From a virus (taxonomy: Duplodnaviria; Caudoviricetes), in the IMG/VR virus record IMGVR_UViG_3300039916_000023, positions 1-45,366 of that record: DNA of 45,366 bases; one strand, 5' to 3'. The position numbers were made by a program, and so were the translations under genes. Positions 27,973 through 35,614 of the stretch are shown here, piece after piece. Numbering within the stretch: the stretch's first letter is position 1; every line of letters starts with the position of its first letter. Under the pieces are notes generated by a model. That model was given only the letters and a program-made list of their open reading frames with translations, did no database searches and had not been told where the DNA came from.

Positions 27973-29310
27973 TTACGCGGCTTCCATCATCGCCGCCGCC
28001 CGCGCACGTTCTTCCGCCAAGATGGCGTTCACGTGGGCGTTCCACAGCACCAGCGCTGAACGCTTCTCTTTGAGGTAGGAGTGCTTGTTGTAGACCCCTG
28101 CCACACCGCCTTGCATACCCGACACGTGGTTCAACAGCGCTTCCACAACCATGGGCGGGATGGAAGGCGTAAGGTCGTCGTCGGTGATGGAAGACATCTG
28201 GGTGGAGAAGGTCCGCCGTATAGCATGTGCGGACCACGCTTCATGTTCCAGACCATCCCGCTCCGCCAATGCAGACGTGCGCGACAGCATCGCCGCTTGC
28301 GGCTTGCTGGTGCCGGTCAACGGCGTCTTGTTGTTCGTGCTGAACAACCAATCCCCGGTAGCCGACGCTTTCAGCAATTTGAGCCATGCGAGGGTGTCGC
28401 CAACCAACGGGACCAGATGCGGAAGGTCGTTCTTGGTCCGAGCTTCCGGGATCGACCACAGACCGGCTTCAAGGTCGAATTCGGACCAAGGGGCTTCGAG
28501 CGCTTCCGAAATACGAACGCCAGTGAGCGCGCACAGCTTCAAGGCGCGAGCGTAGACGGCATGGTATCCCTTCCCGTTAAGGCCATCTATCGCCGCCAGT
28601 AGGTAGCCAAACTCTCGGCGATCCAAGACGCGTTGCCTCCGGGTTCGAGCCTCGTTGGTTGGCTTCACAAGGTGTTGCGCTGGATCGACCTTGAGGCCGG
28701 TTTGCGTCCGAAGGTGGCTGACACTCCGCTTGAACATCGTCTTCACCATCGTAGTCAAACGATTGGCCGAAACGGGAGCGCGCTGGCGGACTTCCTCAAT
28801 CATGGTGGCAAGGTGGTCGTGGTCGATGTCCGCAAGCGGAATTTGCCCAATCGCGGGTTTGATAGCGGTTCGCCACATGCGTTCGGTTTCGCGCTTGTCC
28901 TCCAAAGCGGCGACCCAACGCGGGTGGTAAAGCTCGCGCCAAAACCATTCCACAGTCTTGGCTTGCGTTGCCGCCAAGGCTTGGTTCGCAACTTCCGCTT
29001 GCGCTTCCCGTTCGGCCTTCGCCGCCCGTGTATCCTCGCCCAAATCGCGGGCGCGCGTAAGCTCCACCGCCCATTCCGTCGCTTGCTTGAACGAATGCGC
29101 GTCAAGGCTCCCAAGCGTTACCTTCACGGTCCCCGGCTCCCCGAGCCGACGCGCTCGCCAAGCCCATGATTTCTTTGCGCTCGGGTTGGGTTGGATCACC
29201 AGATACAGGTTCTTGGTGCCATCGACGGCAATCTCTTGGCGCTTGTCAGTGCCTTGCCAGTTTTTGGCTTCCGTCGCGTTCCGAACCTTCGAGACCATTT
29301 TCCCACTCAC
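27973..29310 (-). CDS. int: Tyrosine integrase with N-terminal arm-binding domain (P4-like)
   Basis: N-terminal LYLVIQ...KSWAWR...TLG; catalytic TGVRISE, RTKN, HAIRR, LNH, GVY; adjacent to right att. Confidence 0.95.
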   Translation of the reverse strand: MSGKMVSKVRNATEAKNWQGTDKRQEIAVDGTKNLYLVIQPNPSAKKSWAWRARRLGEPGTVKVTLGSLDAHSFKQATEWAVELTRARDLGEDTRAAKAEREAQAEVANQALAATQAKTVEWFWRELYHPRWVAALEDKRETERMWRTAIKPAIGQIPLADIDHDHLATMIEEVRQRAPVSANRLTTMVKTMFKRSVSHLRTQTGLKVDPAQHLVKPTNEARTRRQRVLDRREFGYLLAAIDGLNGKGYHAVYARALKLCALTGVRISEALEAPWSEFDLEAGLWSIPEARTKNDLPHLVPLVGDTLAWLKLLKASATGDWLFSTNNKTPLTGTSKPQAAMLSRTSALAERDGLEHEAWSAHAIRRTFSTQMSSITDDDLTPSIPPMVVEALLNHVSGMQGGVAGVYNKHSYLKEKRSALVLWNAHVNAILAEERARAAAMMEAA

Positions 29311-29357
29311 AAGTAATCCGATCCACGGCCAAAGAGACCGTAAATCTGTCTACCCGT

Positions 29358-29395
29358 GGGGTATCCATCGGGGAACAGAGAAGCAAGGGGGAACA
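29358..29395 (+). promoter_or_regulatory. Putative integrase arm-type binding sites, right end
   Basis: GGGGTA (29358), GGGGAACA (29370), GGGGGAACA (29387), matching 556-627. Confidence 0.55.
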
Positions 29396-29503
29396 GATCG
29401 TTTCCCCACGATGCAAGGGACCGAACGGCGTATAATGGCTGATTTGCGCGCATTTTAGGCCGATATAAAGTAAAACAGTATCGTCAAAAAATAAACGGGT
29501 TTG

Positions 29504-29552
29504 CGGTTTCCTAAACCGTAGGCCGCGTGTTCAAATCTCGCCGGGGGCACCA
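29504..29552 (+). pseudogene. Right att core plus displaced 3' half of host tRNA-Arg(CCT)
   Basis: CGGT-TTCCTAA-ACCGT-AGGCC-GCGTG-TTCAAAT-CTCGC-CGGGGGC-ACCA; no D-arm upstream. Confidence 0.92.
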
Positions 29553-29845
29553 GCTTTTCCGCCATTTTTGGCAGTTTCCCACTCTCTTCGAACACGCGAA
29601 ACACGCGACGCGCTACGGTTTGCGTGGGCACGATAGGGGGCACAGTCTGTTCCCGCTACGATCCCCCTCCCCTCAGCTATCAGCCTCGGCAGCGGTCTAC
29701 TGACTGCTCCATCAAGGATTTTCGCCCGCCCTTGAAGCGCGGCTCGACGGAGGCACAAAAAGCGGCACAGAAGTTGAGCGAATTTAGTAGCTATCTCTGT
29801 CGTCCGCCGGATGGAGCCGCTAGGCGTCCAGCATCTTCACTGTGG

Positions 29846-30107
29846 CGCGGGAAAACCCTAACATCGCTAACATCGGCGGATATCCGGGGTTTTTAACCTA
29901 ACTTTTGCCCTAACATTTTAGTAATCTGATTATAATTTCTAACCTCATTATCTCGGAAAAAAGTGTCCTTTGTTTTCAATGAGATTAGGTTTTTCGGCTC
30001 CGAAGGTTAGCCTAGGTGAGGCCTCGACCCTAATTGAAAAACTACGCACAATCAGCGGGTTAGCTGTGCATTTGTCGAGAGATTAGCGAAATTAGGCTTT
30101 TCCCGCG
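29846..30107. repeat. Imperfect terminal inverted repeat enclosing converging CTAAY/RTTAG repeats (ori-like)
   Basis: CGCGGGAAAACCCTAACATCGCTAA vs reverse complement of TTAGCGAAATTAGGCTTTTCCCGCG; AT-rich centre. Confidence 0.7.
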
Positions 30108-30651
30108 TGCCAGGCCCGATCTTTGTGAGACGACAGCAAAACTGACTAGCCGTATGGTCATTTTGTTCGAGGAGCGTTCTCACGTCCTATTACCTCGAAG
30201 CGCATCCCTGACGCTGAACATCCCACAACCGAGGAGTTTGCGGCGATGCATTATTTGCGCATGCTCAAGGACCCACGGCTTCATCCGCTTGGCGGCGGGT
30301 CCCATGTTGGGAGCCAGTAGCGAGTCGCGATAAGGCCGCTTTTCGGGAGCGCGCCAGACGATTTATAGCTGGCGATGTGAGCTTCGCTACTTCGGTCTGA
30401 TCCTTCGGCTACCGGGCCAATCTATACGCGCACAGAACACCTTGGAACCCAGTCGAGGCTTAGGGCTAGGTACAGCCGCGCGAGATAGGTCGCCACTTGA
30501 ATGAGCTACAATAAGTTATCGCGTTCTAAGCCGCTACAACGCCTAGCATTTGCTCTACGCAACTGTGTGAGGCACGCTGACAATCTGTGGAATTACCGCT
30601 AGGCTGATGCCTCGCCCGTTCGTCGGCGCACAATGGCTTTGGGGGAATAGC

Positions 30652-30822
30652 ATGTCCGGTGAAATGCAGTTTGTAGCAGGTACAATAATTGCAATCTTGC
30701 TAGCCGTCCCAACGTTTTTTGGGGCGAAGTATTTGCGTTCGAAGCGACAGAACCAAAAGGTAGGAAAAAGTGGCCGCGGCTATCAGGCTGGTGGCAACAT
30801 CAACATCAAGAATGAGAAGTGA
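30652..30822 (+). CDS. 56-aa single-TM micro-protein with C-terminal Q/N/G-rich motif
   Basis: GGGGGAA RBS; FVAGTIIAILLAVPTFFG helix; RQNQKVGKSGRGYQAGGNINIKN; TGATG overlap with next gene. Confidence 0.8.
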   Translation: MSGEMQFVAGTIIAILLAVPTFFGAKYLRSKRQNQKVGKSGRGYQAGGNINIKNEK

Positions 30823-31871
30823 TGGCGCGGCAGGATCAGAGCGTCGGAGACGGCACAGCTTATCAAGCACTTGGCGATTTAACCGTCGTCAACGGCATAA
30901 GTTCAGAACAGATGGCAAGCATCATGCTAGCGATGGGCCGACAACTTCATGTCTACTTTTCTGAGGCTGAAGCCAAGGTAGAGGAGCGGCTAGCGGAATT
31001 TAGACAAACTGTCATAGAGGCATTTTCTGATACTGAGAACAAAGGATCGCCGGATGCATTTCGCGATCCGGACTTCCAATTTGTGCTTAGCGATGCCCAG
31101 AAGGTCTACGTACGTGATGGCGAGCATGAACTAAGAGATGATTTGATAAGACTATTAATTCAAAGATCAAACATAGATAGTAAAGAGCGTACTGCGAAAA
31201 TACTTAACTTTGCCATAGAGATTTCTGGATCATTGAGTAAGAACGAATATGCGGCGCTCGCCATAAACTTCCTCTTCTCCAGCGTTGCCCTATTGGCTGA
31301 TAGTCGTGAGGTTCTTTTACGAGACCTCAATTCTTTCATCGCACCATTTTATACTGACCTTTCAGATAATCCAACAGTTTACGGCTATCTCGAGTCTCAA
31401 CGCTGCATTTCGATTAATCACACGGGCGGAATAAGTTTAATTCATTCTTTGCATGAAAAGTATCGATCTATAATAAGTTATGGATTTGATCCAAACCTAC
31501 TTAATGGCCTTTGCAGTGAAATCAGTATCGAAACTCTGCGCGGACTAACTATTCCAGCAGCAGGCTATAAGGGCTATATTCGATTCAAAAAGGCTGACCC
31601 GCATGCCGTTGCTGGTGAGCTGATGCGACTAGGCGCCTCGCAGGCGACCGCAGATCGAGCCATCACGATATTTAATAAGTCCACCCCATCAGTGGCCGAA
31701 TTCCAGGAGATTATGTGCGAGGAAGTTGAAGGCTTCTCCCAAGTTATGCATGTATGGGAGAAGAGCGTATTGTATAAGGTTGAACTTACGGCAGTTGGCA
31801 AAGCTATCGCTCATTCATCGCTCACCAGTCGAACCAATTTTTTAGCTCCGCTTAACATTTGGGTAAATTAG
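30822..31871 (+). CDS. LPO_1073/Vpar_1526-like protein with N-terminal Q/G motif
   Basis: EA...VEER...F...DPDFQFVL.DAQK.Y.R.G...L.D.L..LL..RS pattern; low GC cargo. Confidence 0.8.
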   Translation: MARQDQSVGDGTAYQALGDLTVVNGISSEQMASIMLAMGRQLHVYFSEAEAKVEERLAEFRQTVIEAFSDTENKGSPDAFRDPDFQFVLSDAQKVYVRDGEHELRDDLIRLLIQRSNIDSKERTAKILNFAIEISGSLSKNEYAALAINFLFSSVALLADSREVLLRDLNSFIAPFYTDLSDNPTVYGYLESQRCISINHTGGISLIHSLHEKYRSIISYGFDPNLLNGLCSEISIETLRGLTIPAAGYKGYIRFKKADPHAVAGELMRLGASQATADRAITIFNKSTPSVAEFQEIMCEEVEGFSQVMHVWEKSVLYKVELTAVGKAIAHSSLTSRTNFLAPLNIWVN

Positions 31872-32034
31872 GCGATTCCCAAGCAATCTGCCTGCAACAG
31901 TCGCGCCGTCCACACTCGCGTGAGCCTTAAGACCGGCATGCGGCGCTCCAACCGCAGCTCGCAAAGCAGCCAGTATGAACACGTGGATAGCACGTCAGCA
32001 GATCCGAACTGCAGAACGTAATACCCGCACGCGA

Positions 32035-32159
32035 GTGCAGTATTCTGCATCCATCTCAGGAGTCTGATGGCGGCTTTGGAAAGTAGATACTTTGCTGGCG
32101 CGCAGCAGGTCCACGGACTGCAATCCAAAGCCACCTAACATGCTCTCGGGCGAGGGGGG
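32035..32159 (+). repeat. Degenerate second copy of the cos region
   Basis: 32117-32159 matches 33347-33388 at 38 of 43 aligned positions; upstream GTGCAG..TCTGCATCC block at near-equal spacing. Confidence 0.75.
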
Positions 32160-32271
32160 ACTCGCGCCTTACATGAAGTCGCGACGTGCATCGACGTGCT
32201 TTAACGCCACCACCCGCCTCAAAAGCACCGAGTGCGCCGAGTACACCGAGGCACACCGAGACGAGACACAC

Positions 32272-33009
32272 CTATCCGTCGTCACTCCCCCGCTTCGAGA
32301 TCGCCGCTAGACTTTGGCCATACTCGACGGGATTGATAGTATCTCGCCCCCTCGAATCCGTGTTGACCGGCAAACCGTTAGGTAAGGACAGGTGATTTAA
32401 CGCAGAAATTTCGTCGCCGCGCGCACTATAAAGATCGCATAGACTTTCCAACAAGCCAACAATAATTAGCTGGGAATCTCGTATTTCATGGCATCTAATG
32501 ATAAGCTCGGACGCACTCCAAATTTCGAACGCCTTAACCTGAGATGTAAATTTTTTCGTTCGCCGAAGACGCTGCTCGCGCAGCATGGCTATACCTGAGA
32601 AATATGGTACAAATACGTTGTCTCCGTAGTATTCAATTGTCGTTCCGTGAGCAATCTTATTTCTTTGCTCAGATATACTCGATAGTTTTTTAAATCCCGC
32701 CTTCATCTCACTACGGAAGTCTATAAATTTGTCCGTAAATAGTATCTGTCCTAAAGCTTTATTTATGACGTTCACTCTCGCGGAAAACTCTCTTATCTCG
32801 CCCATAGTAGATAGCGCACCTTCGACAGGTACATTGGGCGGACAAACTAGATGCAAGTAAAATTCAGTAACGAGACTTTCGGTGCCGCCCCATACCCCCA
32901 ACGCGCTGCCGACAGCTAAATGCATAGCTCCCAGCTTCGCTGTTTGAACGTCATCGGCAGAGACCGACCATTTTACGCTCTCACCTGCAAGGATCTCGTA
33001 TTTGGGCAT
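32272..33009 (-). CDS. Stand-alone HEPN-like protein
   Basis: N-terminal AVG....W..E helix and RNKIAHG (Rx4H) motif; low GC; start could be up to 33066. Confidence 0.7.
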   Translation of the reverse strand: MPKYEILAGESVKWSVSADDVQTAKLGAMHLAVGSALGVWGGTESLVTEFYLHLVCPPNVPVEGALSTMGEIREFSARVNVINKALGQILFTDKFIDFRSEMKAGFKKLSSISEQRNKIAHGTTIEYYGDNVFVPYFSGIAMLREQRLRRTKKFTSQVKAFEIWSASELIIRCHEIRDSQLIIVGLLESLCDLYSARGDEISALNHLSLPNGLPVNTDSRGRDTINPVEYGQSLAAISKRGSDDG

Positions 33010-33377
33010 ACTGATAATTCCAAAGTGCGTACGGCCTGTTTTTACAGAGGTCATGCTAGAGAGCAATCAAACAGCCTGTCGCGCGCTTATACCCGATCTG
33101 CGTCGCGCTGCCTCGCCTCGATAGCGATTTGGATTAGATCGCGATGGCATTTTGCAAACGAACTACGGCGAATCTCACCTGTCTAGATAACCAAAAGAAC
33201 GAATGGTCTTCGAATTATGCTGGCGATCGCTGCCGCTGACACCGCACGGCATTTCCGTACCAGGTGCAGCAATCTGCATCCGACTGGAGTAATCAAGACA
33301 TCCCCCTACACCTAACGGTTCAGAAGGGTCTGCATCAAATTAGCCCACTGCATCCAAAGCCACCTAAAAAGCTCGCG

Positions 33378-33396
33378 GGCGAGGCGGGGGTTCTTG
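33378..33396 (+). other. P2-type cos (cohesive end) site
   Basis: GGCGAGGCGGGG equals the first 12 nt of the P2 cohesive end GGCGAGGCGGGGAAAGCAC; lies downstream of the portal gene in P2 orientation. Confidence 0.8.
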
Positions 33397-33545
33397 CGCC
33401 GTATTTGGGGTCGCCAGGCCCGAGAGGGTCAACGGGCGGGCGTTGCGGGTCAGGGCGACACGATCCCGCCGCGCTGACGCAATGGGCACCCCGAGCGGCC
33501 AGAGGCGCGGTACGGGCCCCCAGCGCGGGTGTCTTGGAGACGATG

Positions 33546-33571
33546 TCGGGCGGCACCGCGGTGCCGCCCGA
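33546..33571 (-). terminator. Perfect GC palindrome right after the methylase stop
   Basis: TCGGGCGGCACCG/CGGTGCCGCCCGA. Confidence 0.55.
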
Positions 33572-33574
33572 GGA

Positions 33575-34381
33575 TCAGCCGATCGCGAAGTTCGACACGA
33601 TCAATTCACCGACGCGCTTCGCTGCTCCGGCCCCGACCGTGTAAGTCGTTTCGGCCGTGCCGACACGGAACCGCGCGAACGTCGCCCGCGCGCCGGGCGT
33701 GTCGTTAATCGATAGGATAAAGCGGCCCTTGATGCCGGCGAGCTGGTCGGCGAGCTGGTCGAAGTCGGCGCGGCCGAACACGTCCTGGCCGTAATCGTTC
33801 TCGCATCCCCAATAGGGCGGATCGAGATAGAACAGCATGCCCGCGCGATCGTACCGCCGGATGAACTCGGCATAGCCAAGCTGCTCGATCACGACACCGG
33901 CTAGCCGCTCATGGATGTCGGCTAGCATCGGCTCGAGCTTGGCGACGTTGAACCGCGCACCCTGCGTCTTGTCGACGCCAAAGTACCGGCCGTTCACCTT
34001 GCCCCCGAACGCCATGCGCTGAAGATAGAGGAACCGGCACGCCCGCTCGAGGTCGGTCAGCGTCTCGGGCGGCGTCGCCTTCAGCCGCTCGAACTCGGCT
34101 CGGGCCGCGACACGGAAGCGGAGCATGTCGATCATGTACGGATAGTGCCGCTGCAGCACGCGGAAAAACGTCGCCACGTCGCCCGACACGTCGTTGATGA
34201 CCTCGACCTTCGGCCGCGATCGGCGTCGCAGGAAGACGCCGCCCATGCCAACGAACGGTTCGGCATAGCCGTCATGGTCGACACGCTCGATCATCACGAC
34301 CAGGCGCGAGGCCAGATTGCGCTTGCCGCCGATATAGCCGGCCGCGGGTGCGACGGGCTGAACGAAATTGAGGGTGTTCAT
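33575..34381 (-). CDS. DNA adenine methylase (D12 class), phage-encoded
   Basis: YIGGKR.LA, YAEPFVGMGGV, EVINDV, FYLDPPY. Confidence 0.93.
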   Translation of the reverse strand: MNTLNFVQPVAPAAGYIGGKRNLASRLVVMIERVDHDGYAEPFVGMGGVFLRRRSRPKVEVINDVSGDVATFFRVLQRHYPYMIDMLRFRVAARAEFERLKATPPETLTDLERACRFLYLQRMAFGGKVNGRYFGVDKTQGARFNVAKLEPMLADIHERLAGVVIEQLGYAEFIRRYDRAGMLFYLDPPYWGCENDYGQDVFGRADFDQLADQLAGIKGRFILSINDTPGARATFARFRVGTAETTYTVGAGAAKRVGELIVSNFAIG

Positions 34382-34531
34382 GTAGGAAAATCTCGCCTTG
34401 TAGAGAACCCGCCCGCGAATCACGCGGGTGCGGGACGGCCGGTTGGCCGATGGTCGTGGCGAGATTGATCCTCGTCGGTTTGCCGGGCTGGACCCCCGGC
34501 ATCCCCCGCCCGGCTATGCCGGACGCGAAAA

Positions 34532-35614
34532 CTATTTGACTGGCGCCGCAGCGCGGGGTGTGAAGCGCACCGCTTCGAAGCCGAGCCGGTCGTTGATCTC
34601 GAGGAACGCCGACTGCAGCGGCAGGATCTCCAGCTCGAAAAACATGTCGACGGCTTCGCTGATCTTGCCGAGCTGTGACCCCTGCGCCGGCACGATGCCG
34701 AGCACGGAAGGCGGCGTGCGGTGCGCGGCGAGGACGTCATCGCGGGTCGCGTTCTTGATCCCGAGAAACTCGTCCTTCGCGCCCACCTCGGCGATCGGCA
34801 TGATCTTGATGCTGCCGTCCTTCCCGCCTGGCGCATGGACAAACAGGTTTTTGAAGTTGCCCGGCCCCTTCGAGTTCTTCAGCGAGTCACGAAGCGCGTC
34901 GGTGTCGTTCTCGTCGATGTCGCCCGTCGCATAGAGAATATAGCCGGCGTGCGAGCCGTTGAGATAGTAGCGACGGCGAAACAGGGTCGCCGCTTCATTC
35001 AGCAGCGCCGACTGTAGCGCGCTGAGATATTCGGGCACGCCGTAGATCTCCTGGTTGATGTCGGGCTGCATGATCTGGATGACGCTGCCCGGGGCGAACG
35101 GCGTCGGCGTCGAGATACCTGGCGCCCAGAAGAACTCGCCCGCGACGATGCCGCGGCGGGTATATTTCGCCAGGGCGTGATGCAGATCCATGATCCCGCC
35201 CAGGACGTTCTTGCGCGCCTGGAGGTACGCGTTGCCGAAAACCAGATAGTCCTGCACCGCCTTGCCGAACGCCGCCCGCGACAGGATCGGCGTCGGGTCG
35301 GCCGCGCCGCGCGGCACCGGGCTGAATGCAGCAACGACCAGATTGCGCTTCAGCATGATCGCCGAGCTGTGGTGCGGCGAGACGCGGAACGCGCGCGCCA
35401 GCCCGTCGAGCGACAGGGGCGGTTCGTACCAGCGGTCGTTCTGATAGCATTCGACCATGTCCATGATCTCGCGCCGGTTGAGCACCGGCTCGGGATCCCC
35501 GAACGAGAAGGCCCGGACCGCGGTCGATGGCGCGGCGGTTGCCTGCAGTGCGCCGGCGCTGGCCGCGGACGTCTCGCTGCGCGACATACGCTGCACCCGG
35601 TTACGCTTGCTCAT
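34532..35614 (-). CDS. Phage portal protein, PBSX family (P2 gpQ)
   Basis: FSFGDPEPVL, WYEPPLS, QEIYGVPEY, ATLFRRRYY.NGSHAG, KGPGNFKNLF, AAHR.PP. Confidence 0.97.
   Translation of the reverse strand: MSKRNRVQRMSRSETSAASAGALQATAAPSTAVRAFSFGDPEPVLNRREIMDMVECYQNDRWYEPPLSLDGLARAFRVSPHHSSAIMLKRNLVVAAFSPVPRGAADPTPILSRAAFGKAVQDYLVFGNAYLQARKNVLGGIMDLHHALAKYTRRGIVAGEFFWAPGISTPTPFAPGSVIQIMQPDINQEIYGVPEYLSALQSALLNEAATLFRRRYYLNGSHAGYILYATGDIDENDTDALRDSLKNSKGPGNFKNLFVHAPGGKDGSIKIMPIAEVGAKDEFLGIKNATRDDVLAAHRTPPSVLGIVPAQGSQLGKISEAVDMFFELEILPLQSAFLEINDRLGFEAVRFTPRAAAPVK

Larger units (their letters stand above)
473..29514. mobile_element. Integrative genomic (defence) island inserted in tRNA-Arg(CCT)
   Basis: Bounded by direct repeat CGGTTTCCTAA (473-483, 29504-29514) and the two tRNA halves; tyrosine integrase next to the right end; defence-type cargo of mixed GC content. 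Confidence 0.9.

Noticed and set aside
484-29503. Insert as a tRNA intron or a P4/PICI satellite
   Set aside because: 29 kb with integrase and direct repeats fits integration, not splicing; no primase, Psu/Sid, AlpA or terminase recognised
29455-29643. 62-aa ORF containing VPPARFEHAAYGLG
   Set aside because: Antisense translation of the tRNA 3' half
30165-30179. GTTC-N7-GTTC LexA-like match
   Set aside because: GC-rich spacer and no clear adjacent gene start; could be chance
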